Shown here piece after piece: positions 13,001 to 26,323 of a stretch of DNA of 64,000 nt (positions are counted from its first letter, which is position 1; every line of letters begins with the position of its first letter). The position numbers and the translations under genes were made by a program. Origin of the DNA: Eutreptiella sp. 'Long Island Sound 2002' (lineage: Eukaryota > Protista > Euglenida); NCBI GenBank assembly GCA_964036045.1, contig OZ038378.1, forward strand, positions 173,228,001 through 173,292,000. The letters run 5' to 3'. Under the pieces are notes generated by a model. That model saw only the letters and a list, made by a program, of their open reading frames with translations. It had not been told where the DNA came from and made no database searches.

Positions 13001-14347
13001 AGCAACTATGTCAAATCTAAAACAGGCAGGTGCCCATGTTTGTGTTGCTGTTGTGGTGGTGGGGGTCTTGGGACACGACCTGTCTGCCAATCTGCAAATC
13101 CTATCTGCCAGTGGGTCGTTTTTTGGCTGTCTTCAAAGCATAATTGGGTCACCCCACGCACTCTGCTAACACTGTGAGTCATTATGGTTTGTGTGCCAGG
13201 CTGTCAGCATGTATTGGGAACGCCACAACCGTTGCACTCACTGAGGCCATCAGCACAACGAATATGTTATTCCACAGTTGAACACATACTGCCCCTGCTT
13301 GTTGCGTGTTGCTGCCGTAATGCTGATGCTGCCACTTCGCGCTGTCAACTCTTATTTCAGCTTGCGCACATTCCTGCTCCTCAAGAAGCACTCACCCTTT
13401 GGCCATACGTGAGTGCCCAGAAGAAGGCTGAGGAGACCCAGCAAGCTGGGGAGCAGGTGTGCCTAGTGTTCGCATTTGAGGCTGTCGAAGAGACGTAAGC
13501 AACGAAACCCACAGATGTTCATAAAGCTGGGGTGTAGGATTGATTCAATTGGATCTGGGACATTCAAAATAGGGCTGTACGGCGGAGGCTGGTGATTCGC
13601 AGCCGGTTAAGAGGGCTGGTGGGAAGAGTTGGGGCGCTACCCCTCCCCACTACTCAGGGCACTGTGCTTTTTGCTGCTTGCCCTTCCTGTGAGGCCAACA
13701 AGTAGTCTCTTGTACAATGGTTTACGTTTGCAGCAGAGTATTATCTTGTGGTTTCGAAACTCTGATTGCCCTCCATACAAGGGCCGCAAAGGCTTGACAA
13801 TGGTTCCCCTCTCGCCTGCAGCCTGGGGAGCCATGTAGAGTTGGGGAGAGGGGTGTAGATTGGAGGGTATTTATCGTTACGTTAGGTGAGGTAAGATTAC
13901 CCTGAAGATCTAGCTAGCTAGCTAGCAACAAAAGGCAACAACACGTGTTTGTTCCGTTTTGGCCATTACTCCATCCCATCAATTCAGGCTCTACTCTACT
14001 CTAGCCATATTGTTCATTCATTCCCAAATCCAGAGTTTGAGCCTACAAGGCGGCCCCATGACATGTGTGCTTCCTTCTGAATGCAGCTGACACTGCATTC
14101 AGGCTCCTATTGGCATTCAATGCAGTGGACAAAGTTCAATTTTGCATGTTTTTGCCTCTTCTACTCAGGACGGCTTCGTGCAGATATTGAAGAAGCTTGT
14201 GGTATATTTGGCACAATTCCCGTTCTAATTTGTGTCTGTTGATTCTTCGCGGTTTCTTCTTGTATTTTTAGTTCTTAGTGGAGACCTCCGTGGGCTGGGG
14301 CTGGTGCGCATGTGGCACTCAGTGTGGCTGTCAAGGATGTCGCCTGA
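7038..14347 (+). CDS. Multi-exon coiled-coil-rich protein of unknown function (best exons 7038-7103, 7213-7301, 8871-8958, 9778-9852, 9900-9976, 10237-10264, 12037-12105, 13361-13456, 14169-14201, 14279-14347)
   Basis: Short stop-free exons bounded by pyrimidine-rich AG acceptors and GT donors. Phases match directly across most junctions, for example SLLQLSEEMSSLEDRVELSDSE|VSALRAAVKAEKAKRHSLRDQLQALKAEP, EHRRNCTLQLEQKDAMVASIVASLK and ESLADQDATVNDLKKKVDQFSSQ. Heptad-like charged helices recur. Extra exons (e.g. ~8037, ~9031, ~12972) are possible. Confidence 0.5.
8488..8710 (+). repeat. Family A 3' module (caacaaccagacggaatgtcacacaggg) joined to a C-rich extension
   Basis: The ~30-bp terminal module is identical to the ends of 6095-6417 and 16630-16951, followed by a different sequence. 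The extent of the extension is approximate. Confidence 0.65.
10440..11350. mobile_element. ~0.9-kb imperfect foldback (palindromic MITE-like) element in an intron
   Basis: The inner arms 10771-10848 and 10935-11013 are ~80-bp imperfect inverted repeats. Outer inverted matches are seen at 10445-10490 vs 11295-11345 and 10525-10585 vs 11190-11250, all symmetric about ~10890. Confidence 0.7.
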
Positions 14348-16629
14348 GTCTCAGCCACGCTGAGGCGACCCTTACAGGTCATCTCATTCCCTACGGAGGT
14401 GGCGACCTCAGTGGTCAGCCCAGCCTCCCTGACCTGCCAGCAGTGGTACGATCCACAAGAATTCTGTCCACCCATGCACTGCCTCTGTACATCAGACCCT
14501 TGGTATCCCCTGGTATTGCTGGAAGCACTGCGTGTCCATATCGGCACAGGTGTGCTGGCCGTTTCTGGGTTCATTGTGCGCTTGCTACCGTGTGAACCAG
14601 TGCAAGCCTGCAACTGCGAGTGTTCATATGCATGTTCATATGTTCAGTGTTCATATAACTGAATATAATTGACTGGTCCAACACTTGTAATAGTGGGTGT
14701 CGTGACTGCTAATTTCCGGCAACGTGTAACTTCATCCAGTGCTATTTTTTTTTTGCTATTTTCAGGACCCTCAGGCGTCATCATGTAGTCACGCATTTTG
14801 GATCTGCCTGCCTGACCAGAGAACACAGCTCGCAAAGTTTTTTCTGTCTCTCTTTCTTTTCCAAAATTTTTTCCAAAATTTTTTCCAAAATATCTCTCTC
14901 TCATGCATACAAATTCCCAAGGGGTGGTTCCTGCCATTACAGGGTTCCTCTCTTCTCGGTGTCGGGTCGCTCTCACGACTCCTCCCGTGGATATGGGCCC
15001 CGTAGAAGGTAATGGCACACCACAGAAATCGGCTGGTCCCAACATTCCTGAGGGGCTGCCCTCTGCCCTCCATCCCCCCCCCCCCCTCAGCAAGTGTCTA
15101 ATGCACTGGCTGGCAGGTTGTTGCAGTTGCTTTTTCTCGACAGTCGCCGCCTGCACACACATGCAGATGGCGGTTGCCAACATCCGAAAAAGTCCCTCAA
15201 GTAGTGCTGCTCCGTTTGGCATCAGCGGAAGACCAGTCAAGGGTTGGCGCTCCCTTGGAGCCTCGGCACGGTGAGTGTTCTGCTACTGACTGCTCAGCCT
15301 ACAACCGGCTCTGGCTCGGTTGGAAACCCTGGTCACTGCCTGCACAGTTTTTTTTGGGATAACTGTGCCAAAGGTGTTTGGGGGCCCCCACGGGTCACGA
15401 ATGGTCAGGGAGCACTAGCAATCTTCTTGTTTCGTCACCTGACGAGGGATTGTCTGACATGTACTGCCTGTGAACACACCGAGGTCACAGACCTCCCTCC
15501 CCTCTGCAGCCAGGCATGGCAGGCACTCGGCAGGCCAGATTCCCGCCCCCACCCCCGCTTCTCAACCTCAAAGCAGACCAGCGAAAAGGCCCCGCTGTCT
15601 TGCCCCGCACGCCAGTCTACTGGCTGGCCTCAGCAAGGGCCAACTGTGGTCCTCGTTCTTCCCTCACCCCACATGGCCCCAGGAAATAGCGCTCCTGTGG
15701 AGTACGCACAGGCGCCTGCAGGCCCAGCCGCCCCCCTGGCCTCCCCCCCCCCCGGAAAGCTCCCACAGGATGAGAGAGGAACGGGGGGGGGTTGCCACAC
15801 AAAGCCAATATACATCCCGGCCAGAGCATTCTGTGTGGGATACAATGCAGCACGTTTTGCAGAAGTAGATATGGTCCCATGTACATTATAATGGTCGTTT
15901 TTCTTGAATGGCCACCACCGCGATATGCTGATCTCTCTGATCGCGTACGCACGCGCGCGCACACACAGCTTTATTGCTGCAGTGCAGACAGAGCGTGGCG
16001 TGTATCTTAGAGAAGTGTTTTGAATCATGCCTCAGCGTCAGCCGCACAGGCAGTGGAGCGTAGCCCACCAATTGTGCCGGCAGGTGGACGCCAGAAACGG
16101 TGGCGATGCCGACACAGCTCTTGTTGGGGGTGGGCACCATGTCGCCCCATGGAATCTCCAATAGGGAGGCCACCTAAGTGGCTCGCCCACCGAACCTCCT
16201 GCCACGTTGTGACAGTGTCGGCGCTACTTTCTACCAAAGGTTTGCATACGACGGTGTGCAACACGTTTTGGCATCATGTCCCTGTGTCAATAGTCCAAAT
16301 GAAGAGTGGACTTGTTGAGTTTCTCTTTCATAGTGTTGGTGCTTCGAGGGATGTGTGGGAACACCAGCCAGCCACTCTGAGTGTTGTGTATGTGGATTGT
16401 GCTGAATGTTGTCGAATTTGCGCGTTCGTCTGCAGCATTCGAGTTGGGTCACTTGATGTTGTCACCCAGAAGAGGCACGGGTCCCGGGGGGGGGGTCAAC
16501 CATGAAGCGCACGCTACCCGCAACCAACAAGGAACGCGCTCCGCACGCGCGACCCATGGAGCGTACGTAGTGGTCGGCCGGGACAACGCGTGGAGGAGCA
16601 GGGCACCTGGGCCTCACGCACACGGAAAC

Positions 16630-16951
16630 GCAGCAAGGCATGTTGTGGACGGTTTGAGGACGGAGGTGTAGGGACAGCAAAAACAGTCAAAGGACCCCCG
16701 CAACAACCAGCACAACCCCAATACGCCAACTACTGGGCGCCGCTAACGCGCAAACGGCACATCCTGCCACATCCAGCACAGCCCCAGCACACCAACCACT
16801 GGGCTCCGCGAACGCAGACACGACACCAGCAGGAGCACGGGCCACAGCGGCCGACAGAAAGCAGCGACCCGATGCAGCATGCAAAGGGAAGAACGGGTGA
16901 CGGTCCAGGGCCCCGTAAAGAAACAACAACCAGACGGAATGTCACACAGGG
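16630..16951 (+). repeat. Dispersed repeat family A, ~322-bp copy
   Basis: Near-identical to 6095-6417. Confidence 0.92.
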
Positions 16952-19483
16952 AGGCAGGGGCTGACGATCAAAGCTGATGCTGATGACAACAATGGTCATG
17001 CCAGGGTGCCATGGGTCAATTCCAACCGCATTCTGTCACCCAAGAAGAGGTTTGGCCTCTTGGTGGGTGAGGACACACAGAGTCACACAGGACCCGAAGG
17101 GGGTGCAGCACAAAGTGGCCCCATACCGGGGGATTGGGCCCAGCGAACGGAGACAAGGACTCGTGTGCCACAACAGCAGCAGGATGGCGCTGGCAGCAAT
17201 TTCACAGCGGATCAATGGAGAGTGGATGAGACTGGTAATCACACAGGAGGCAACCAGATCAGAGGGAGTTGCAGCCGACGGAGGCTGGAGCCCCAAAGTG
17301 GGTCAAGTGCAGCAGCTATTGGGCATCGGGTCCACTCGCTCATGCGCAGCATCCTGTTGCGGTCCTCTTGATGCGGTTCTTTCATGTTTGGTGGCACCAG
17401 TGAGCAGCAATGGGTTACTGTTCAGGGCCGCAGGACACATTGACATGACGGAAAACAGCAGATTGCATATTGCGGGGGGGGGGGGGGGGGTTGGCACAAG
17501 GCCTATGTTGCAGGGGTGGGGGGGGTGGCCTGGAAAACTTCGCGTTTCAGAGACCTGGTGAAGATTTCCCTTGCGAAATTAATGGCTGAGGCGCTTTTGT
17601 GGGCCTGCACGTTTCCAAGAATTCACATTGGCCATGCTATTGTATTACCTAAGCAGGCGAGTGTCCAATTTTCCTTCTGTGCACTGTACCACACACCAGG
17701 ATAGGGTTGCAATTGCTTACCCATCGGGCCCTCTTCGCTTGTCAAAAAGGTGTTTTGTTTCGCTCCAATAGTTGCGGGTAGCCCCATAAAACACAGAATT
17801 GCATTGCTGTCAGGCTATGTGCATGAAATGCAAGAAAATCCACGCTTTTTTTTTTCGCTCGTGGAGGCTCTCCCTCCTAAGCAAATGCAGGGGTTTCTCC
17901 CAAGTGGGAAGCGGAGGATTCCACCTGGTTGTAAACAGGTTCCCCACAATGAGCACTGCTGACCTGCAGTGAGCAGTGCCACCCACAAGGGCCTCGGGCA
18001 TCGTTTGGCAAGGGGCTTAAGAAGTCTAGTGCAATAGACACGAGGCCTTGTGTAGTGCTGGAGGATCTCATGCTTGCTTGCCCAAGGCTGGGACTCAGGC
18101 TTGGAACCGGGTTTTTGGGTATCACCAATATCCTGTACCTCATTGAATCAAAGTAACAGCCACCTGTATTTTGCGACAAAAGCCAGGAGTTGGCTCCAGT
18201 TTTTTTGCAAAATGTCGGGGAAGTTCGATTGGATTTGTAAATTCTTCTCGACCCTAATATTGTGCCCATCATTTGTGAAGCTAGAAATCCGGTTTTCAGC
18301 CTATCAATAACTGGTACCTGTTTGGCATAAGCAAAATTTTAAGCAATAAGTGGTTTAACGTTGATGAAGAAGTCAATAACTGGTAACAAAGTTTTGCTAC
18401 AATAACTGGTTTCCGTTTGCATAAAAGATGACACGCCTTGGCCCAGCATCTGGTGAGAAATGGGGGGGGGGCACTGGGTGAGATACTTGAGACTGTGCTG
18501 GAGGAGGCAGTGGCTGGTGTTTCGAAGAAGTGGTCTTGCTCAGCAGTCACAACTACAAGGAACATAGCTGACCACCTTTGCGCAAAGTGGGCTGGAGACT
18601 GGAGGTAATTGGGGGAAGGAATGAGCCGCCTCACCATAAACCTCGGAAGTTTGGGTTGGAAGGGCAACAATGAGGGTAGATCCCAACTTATGCCCAAAGC
18701 TATCCTGGGGTTCTTGTATGGAGTCCGGTCAGCACGCCAGGGATTTTTTGTGCAGTGTCATTTTTGTGCACAACTTCCCTGGTGTACGGACCGGAAAGCA
18801 GGTGGGCGTGCACACATTTTCTATGTTGTACATCCCGGAAAGGGGGATGGTGTGCGCAGCTTCCCTGGTACGAGCATTTCCCTGGATAGCTGACTGGGAA
18901 GAGGGTGCATGCACACAAAATGTCACACATGCAACGTATGGGGGTGCGGGTGGAGTGATATCCGCCGGTTCAGAATTCAATCCAATGACCATAAACGTAA
19001 CAGTCTACCGTTTGTCCAAGTCAGCTAGCAGTGCTTATATAGAATTCGACACAACCCCCGCCCACCTGTGCGTTCATCACGCACGAAAAAACACTGTGCA
19101 GCGTCTCACCTTTCTGTCTGGTATGGGAGCCGATTGTACCACCCATTGTGTTGTGCGGTCACTCCGCAGTAGAATACATCCGGAATGGGCTTTAGCCCTC
19201 TCCTCAACTAATGTGGTAAGGGTGTGTGTGGGTCAGTTGGGTTGGGGTTGGTGGGGGGGGGGGGGGGGCAGGGTGGGAGGGGAAAAAGGTGTGGGGGCAA
19301 GGGGGCTTTGCGCTGTGCTTGGGGTGCACTGAGCACGGGTGGGGAGGTTGTATTGCGCTCTGTGCAAGCGAACGTGCATTTTGTGGCCGCAGGAAATCGG
19401 ACACCCTGTCCTCTGGGCCAGCACCACACACGCAAAATGGTGTGTTCCCCTTCCCCTTGTAGGTTAGGGTAGTGCACTAACCA

Positions 19484-21472
19484 ATGAGCTATCAGCCAAG
19501 GTGGGCACCAGGTCTTGTGGTGGCCAAATACAATGGACATGGATTTGTGCGGGTAAAAGTAAAATGTAAAATGTTTTCACGTGAAGGACCACTGCAAAGA
19601 GGACTACCAGTGAGTCTTTCAAAAGTTGATAGAAGAGGGCGCCTGACCCAGTTTCCCTTTGTGCAGATCCATGTCATTCAGCGTCAGCGTCTGAACACAC
19701 TGAAACTCCTGCACCACCATCCGCAGCACGAGCAGTGTGCTTTCTGTGCGCACATCGCAGCCTCCACCCCAATGTATGGCCATACGGCAAGCTCCTGCAC
19801 CAGCGGTCACTCCCCTTTCTTGGGGCATCCCCCTATGGTACTGCAACCCAGTGTCCTTCCGCCGCCGCCCACACTCCCGCCGGCGACGGAGCCCCCGAGG
19901 CGCTGCCCCCGGCACCCCGCGTCCTCGTTCCCGTCCCTTGGCAATCCAACGGGCCACTCCCGTGAGGCAGCTGCGGAGCATACCGATTCCTCCGCGACGC
20001 CGGCGGAAGGGGCGGACTCGGACGAGCAAAGCCTACTGACTATCCAAGTCAAGGCGGGCTCACTGGCCTCAATCTTCGGCGACGCCGTTTTCGCTGCAGA
20101 CGCGAGGCAGTGGCTGCCGACACCGAGCGATGGCGAGCCCCCCCCCCTGAAAGCGCGCGTCAAGGTCCAGGTGGTCGCCCCCGACGGCCGACCGCTGCTG
20201 CGGGCCCCGATCCACGAGGAGGACGCCGCGTATCGCGCCGCCCGCCAGGAGGATATGGCGTGGCTGCAGCGGCAGCAGCAGGCGACCCAGTCCGCCGGCG
20301 CAGCACCCGAGGGGGAAGGGTCTGTTGCAGCGAAGCCAAACGACAAGTCGCGTGCGTCGCAGGTGCCCGACCCGTCCCCGACCGTCCTCCTGACCATTGC
20401 CGGGACCGCGCAGTGCTATTTGGCCCTGCAGCCGGACGCTGCGCATTCCGGCGGCCGGGACTCGACTCCGCCGCGGCCGAGAGACCAGGTCTATCACCAC
20501 GTGCACCGGCCGCCAACGCCGCCGCGGCCGCGGCCGTGGGATCCGAGTGACTGGTCATCATCAATCCCGACGGGTAATGCCCCGCCGCCAGGCCCGGCAG
20601 CCCCACTGCCGCAGCGACCAGCAACACCCCCCGAGACGAACATAGTCTGGCCCCAGCGAAATGCCGGCGATCTATTTCCAGTTCCTGCACAACAGCGGCA
20701 CGTTACACCACCGAGATCCAACCAGCCATGGCGACCACATTTCAGTGATCCACCGCAACCACAGCACACCTCTCAACCTCCATTCTCTCTTACAGGCTGG
20801 CCGACGACAGCCGCCCACGGTGATGTATTACCACTGCCATCTGATTCAGCCCCACCCCCTGCATCCAATGCACTCCCCACGGCCCTGCACGAAGCTTTCA
20901 ACCACCATCAACTCAGCGTTGCTGCCACTGCCATGAGTGGCGGCCACACTGCCCTTTATACGGCGACAGCACCCGTTGCGGCGATGACGCTGCCTGCAGC
21001 CACAGCAGCCTTGCTCGGTGCTGCAGACACAGTCACAACAAGATTGCCCGGGGCCGCAGTGAGCGGAGCAACAGCAGCCCTAGCTGCTCCACCCGGATCT
21101 GCATTTGATGAAAGTGCATGTGCAGCAAGCGCTGCGCTGCCTGCTGGTGCCGCCGATGCAGCCATACCCGGGCTGTCTCCAGGTGTCCTTGGCACGGCCC
21201 CAATGATGGTTCCTGCGAGTGGACTGGGCGCAGCCTCGGATCCCCAGACTGCAGGTGGATTGAGCACAGCCCAAAATGCTCTGCGTAGAAGGGCACTTGG
21301 CACAGCCCCACCCGCCATATCTACAAGTACGACCAACACAGCCGCAACAACCCCGTCCGGAGGCTTCAGCCACACACTGACCTCTTTTCACGGCCGCCAG
21401 TACATGGGTCCCGTTAGCAGTTTGCAACCCACCGGAGTGCCTTCTGCGTTCCAGGGCTGGCATGTCGCCTAA
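19484..21472 (+). CDS. Long Pro/Ala-rich ORF (662 aa) of unknown function; true start uncertain (acceptor-like gtgcag at ~19666)
   Basis: Uninterrupted 2-kb ORF with a GC-rich core (~19850-20560) and a low-complexity P/A/T-rich C-terminus. No family motif recognised. Confidence 0.35.
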   Translation: MSYQPRWAPGLVVAKYNGHGFVRVKVKCKMFSREGPLQRGLPVSLSKVDRRGRLTQFPFVQIHVIQRQRLNTLKLLHHHPQHEQCAFCAHIAASTPMYGHTASSCTSGHSPFLGHPPMVLQPSVLPPPPTLPPATEPPRRCPRHPASSFPSLGNPTGHSREAAAEHTDSSATPAEGADSDEQSLLTIQVKAGSLASIFGDAVFAADARQWLPTPSDGEPPPLKARVKVQVVAPDGRPLLRAPIHEEDAAYRAARQEDMAWLQRQQQATQSAGAAPEGEGSVAAKPNDKSRASQVPDPSPTVLLTIAGTAQCYLALQPDAAHSGGRDSTPPRPRDQVYHHVHRPPTPPRPRPWDPSDWSSSIPTGNAPPPGPAAPLPQRPATPPETNIVWPQRNAGDLFPVPAQQRHVTPPRSNQPWRPHFSDPPQPQHTSQPPFSLTGWPTTAAHGDVLPLPSDSAPPPASNALPTALHEAFNHHQLSVAATAMSGGHTALYTATAPVAAMTLPAATAALLGAADTVTTRLPGAAVSGATAALAAPPGSAFDESACAASAALPAGAADAAIPGLSPGVLGTAPMMVPASGLGAASDPQTAGGLSTAQNALRRRALGTAPPAISTSTTNTAATTPSGGFSHTLTSFHGRQYMGPVSSLQPTGVPSAFQGWHVA

Positions 21473-24400
21473 GTCTTGCTAACTGGTCCCCGTCGCCGGA
21501 AGTGCAAGTGCACTGCATGCACAATGCAAAATCCACAACACTTTTGCCAAAGCCCCTCTTGATTCCCGGTGGGGAGGATGGTGGGACAGGGATTTTTACG
21601 TCCTCCTGCGGAAGGAATGTGTACAAATCGTGCTTGGCCAGGGACGCAGCGACCATGAGTGTTGTGTGTATATTAATATTGTCACTTTGATGCGAGTGTG
21701 GTCACTGTTCGCAGCGATGGTCTCTTGGCGGGCCCGTCTGGAGGAGTGGCAACCTGATTGACAACACGCTTTCGAAATGGCTGTTGGCGGGACTGGACCG
21801 GGATCGATCCGTGCCACGTGGACGCCGCGCTGGCGTCCTCTTGCCGCTGTCCCGACCAAGTCCTTGCTCGTGGCCTTCATCGTACAGGAAGATCTAGGGA
21901 GGTCGGGGTGCACGTTGTTGTGGGAAAGGGGGAGAAGGGACCTCGACTGCGGTAACTGGATGCCCAAGTTGAACCTTGGATAGCCAAACGCACTGCATAT
22001 TGTATTCGTATCGTGCATTTCTTGGGGTGAGAATTGCCTGACTGTGCGCCTTAACGAGAACCGCATATGGTGCTCTGCAAGGCTACGTCTTGGCCATGCC
22101 TGCGCTTGGGCCTCCATGGCTTGTTCATTGGGTCTGCCTGTGGGTGGCTGCTGCAGTGACAGTGCTTGGGCGTCCATATTGTCAGGGCTCCTGGCCAAGG
22201 CGCGGTGCGTCCGCAAAGCAACCAGCCCACATGCTGATATCTCGAACCACGTGCCACGAATGCGTTCCGTGCACAGTCAGTGCACGACGGAGAATTTCCG
22301 TGATGCGGGGGACAAAGTAAATGGACCAATGAGGCTGTTATCGCTAGCCCTTTCCTTCGCCTTTGTGGTTCAGCCCCCCAACCCTTCTCCGTCCCGGGTG
22401 GATACTGCATCTTCCCCTTTGCTCCTGTGGATGACTCCCCCACTGTGTCCACGCTGTGTTAGTACGTGGATTCGACCCATTGGGCACCGTATGGTAACAT
22501 GTCGTTGTGCAAGAGCCCGTACAATGACAACAACAGTCAAGAGCCGTTTTTTTTCCTCGCGGCCTCCACTGATGTCTGCAGGAGATGCAAACTGTGTTGG
22601 AAGCCGGAGGCATTCCAGACGGTGACGGCCATCGTCGATCATGCCTCCGCTCCCGCTTCCTATTGCAATGCCAGGCTTCCGCTATTTCCGCAGCCTAATC
22701 TGCCAGTACGGATATGTGACGCCCTGATACCTCAGGCACGTTCCGTCTCGGCCTGGCCTCTATCCTCGCCCAGTGCGATCATCCAGCCAAAACGTTTTGG
22801 ATTTTGTCGTTTTTGAGCCGAAAATTTTCTCTCGGGTGCGGCTGCATCAGGCCCGGCTGGATGGGCACTGGCCCCACTGGCCCTGGAAACATGGCAGACT
22901 TCAATTCAAAGGCGTCGATCGGCCATAAAGAGGCCCATTGGATGCGCATCTCCAAGCCCGTCATCAAGATCATTATTTAGTCAGCACTGCGCCTCGTGCA
23001 GGCAGACTAGCATATGAAGAAAACCAAAGGCCGGGCCAGGCTATCTGGAGCGGATCAGGACGGATGCTGCAACATCTGCCTGTTTCTGATCAATATATAA
23101 ACAAAGGTGAGCAAAAGAGCTTCACTTTGCCTCCCCCGGCAGGCCAGGCGACCTGAAAATTGCTCCGGGGGGGGGGGGGGATGGCACGGACGCCCGCCGA
23201 GGAGGGGGGGGGGGAGAAATGGGCTGCCGTGCCGCGCCCTTTGTTTTGTGTAACAATGGATGTTGGCGCCAAAGGCGCCGGAACACAAATTTTGGCCTAA
23301 AAAAGTTTTTTTCCACCAAAATGTCCCCACATATCCTCACATATGTGTAGTCAAAATAAATGATCAGCCCGACGTGGGGATCATTTTGAGCCATTTCTGT
23401 TGGGTTCCCCGCCCCCCGGCACGGCAGGTAGGGCACCCCGCGCCCCGAACCCCCCCTCCCGGTATGGCGGCCAAGGAGGGGGAGGGGTTGGGAAATGGAC
23501 CTCCGTGCCCCCCCCCCCCCCACCCCTGGAGCAATTTTCTTCTCGCCCCAGTGTGAGGAAGAGGATCGGACAGGGGGTGCGGTCGTATCAGCAGCTCTGC
23601 CTATTCCGCTGTCCTTTGCTGTCCTCAGTTGATGTATTTCGTCACCCCATTTGGCGACTGTGTCAAACGGGATGGCCAATTTGCTTCTACCTTGCGCCGT
23701 TGCTCTTTCAGGCGCATTTATTGTCCACATCATACCCATCTTGGGCCGAAAATGAAACCTGTACACTGAACACCCATGCGAGGGAGTCGTCTGAAGATGT
23801 CATTTGCTGTCAGATGCAAACCACTGTCCACCCAATCCACACTGCTCGTGCAACTGCTGATGTGCGCTGGATGCGTGAAGCAGCCTTGAATCTGCTTTTG
23901 CTCCCTGGAAGACATATGCCCACAAACAAAGATGATGCTTGCACCCCTGTTCCCGTGCCAGCCCACCCAGTTCTTCCGGCAGTGAGAGCCTCGCCCCTGT
24001 TGAGCCTTGGAACCACTAATCCACGAGCCAGAAATTTGTCCAGAAATGTCTGGCAGCAGAAACCTCATATGTTACAGCAACATTGAGGGCTGCGGCGTCT
24101 CCATCATCCCGATTATCAACATCATTGGCACAGTGAACATGTGACAGATGGCCAGTGGTTGTGCAACCCTTGCAGATGCATCACACGGGCACTTGGGCGC
24201 TGCGTGCACAAGCGGGCAGCGGTGGCAGTGCAGTGTGACGCTCAGCTTGACATGCTGGTTCAAATGGATGGGTACGCACTCGAAGAAGACCGCTTGTGGG
24301 CAAGGCGGTGGGGTCTGCCTGTTCAGTTTGAAAGGTGACCCCTGCTGCAGGGCTGAGGGTCATGCAGGCAACACCACGAATTGTGAGGGAGCGGCGCTGT

Positions 24401-26323
24401 TGTGCATCAGCTGCACAGTGCGCCCGGGCAGAAAGGTGGTTATTTACTTGAGTACAAAGAGGCCAATTGGTGTCAGCTGATTTCTCCCGCATTGAAGACC
24501 TTTCTGGTGGTCCACTGACCTTGAAGCTTCCCGTTGCACAACTTCTTCCCCCCCCCCCCCCACGCTTTCTCAAACCAGTGCGTGCAACCGGGAGTATTAA
24601 ATGGCACACTTGATTAGCCTTTATGGCATCCTCCCCCCCTCTTCCCCTGTGTCCAAGAGATGCTCAGCAGCGCTTTCCTTCGACATTTCTGACACAATTA
24701 GACCTGAATTTGATTTAGTACAAAATGTAGCAATGCAGTGAGAAGCCAAGAGTTTGGGTTTGAATTGCTCAGGTTACAAATTGCCAATCGCCGTTTGCAC
24801 TTTGAAGGATGTTTGGTGTTCCAAGGGAGCATATTCCATGACTCTCCACTCTGGAAAGCAGTTCCAGTATCGCAGGCATGAGGTGGGCTGCCGGCATAGC
24901 TGCTGTGCCGTCATGCATTCAACAGGTGCCTTTGTCAAAGGTACAATATGTGTCCGGGCCATATCAATTTGGAACTGAGGGCATCTCTGAACTAGGGGAG
25001 GGTAGTATACAAATGCCATTGAGGTGGTGCACTGCTGTGGTGAATTGGTGTGAGATGGAGCACGGGCCAATAGGCTTTGGGTGTGTTACGCATGGGCTGT
25101 TTACTTTTGCCCAAAGGCCCCGCCAATATAATCTTGTCATACACGTGATCATACACATGACACATATCTTTCCTTACCATCAAGGTTTGCACAAAAGAGT
25201 AAAACGGGAACGAATTGCACGGCCCTATATTTGGCAGTCATTTGGGCAACATTGTCATACTAGGCCCGACTTGAATCGTGGCATGTGATGATCAATTGAT
25301 TTTTGAAAATTGCAGTGTTGGGGACCACCATAGCTTGGTGAAGGGGGTTGCATTGCGCGTTGTGCACGTGCTGTGTGCAAATTCAGCCGTTTTGGTCCCC
25401 CAACCCAGCAAGAATAAAGTGGTATTTGCATTAGAGCCGAAACTTGAGGGGGCGCACCGTGCGCTGTGCCCGCGCTGTGCGAAAAGTCGGCTGTTTTCCA
25501 CCACCGGTAGCAACGGGTCCCAGGGTCCTGAATTCTGCAGCCTACAGCCCCTGCTGGTACACCAGGGTTTTTTTTTTGTCTGATGCTTGCCACGGGCCCC
25601 AGAGTCCTGAATTCTGCACCCCATGCCCGTTTTGAATTGATCATGCATGCTTCTGTAGGTGGGTGGTTTTCAGGGGTGTTCCCTGGATAAACAACGTAAT
25701 AACTGGCGCTGTGATCCCTGAGTCAAGCATTTTGGCTGTGGAAGGTTGAGTGTTTTGGCAAAGTCGCCAATCACAGGTGCTGTGCGCGCGCCGTGCCCAT
25801 GCTGTGCTGAAACTGCCCAGTCCCTATTTCCATGGATGGGCTTCTGTGATGGATGCCACAGACATTCTGGAGGGTGACAATTATTGTCGTTCTTATGGTT
25901 ATTCCAACGGACATAGTTCAGTGTTCTAGTGCTTCCCCGGGGAACTGGGATATTTGGCTGCCGAAATGCACCAGAAGCAGGCCACAGAAACGTACAAAAC
26001 AGGGTCACACAGAAGGATGACCTGGGTGCTGGGGGCGGGGGCAGAGGGGTACTGTCTGGGTGAGTGGGGTTGCAATTGGCTCCAGAGGTTGGTGATTGTT
26101 ATCCTTGAGCTACCATTGTAGGCTACAACTGCCGTTGTGTGCCATGACTGCACTGTTGTGCAACAACTGTGTTTCATTCATGGGTACATCCTGTTGTGTC
26201 ATATTTGTTGCATCTTTTGCAGTTTCAATTGAGAGTCCGCCTGAACCCTTCCATGCCGATCATCGCTTGAGGCACGCCCTGTCCCTGCCCTGTCTCCCTA
26301 AAGCTGTTTCGTGGCAGTCTAAC

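Noticed and set aside
19061-19105. HLCVHHARKN resembling the MULE transposase CxxH motif
   Set aside because: No upstream catalytic Asp motifs or TIRs were found, and a short motif match is insufficient.
25288-25644. 10-bp terminal inverted repeat ATGATCAATT
   Set aside because: Too short, with no TSD and no second copy in the window.
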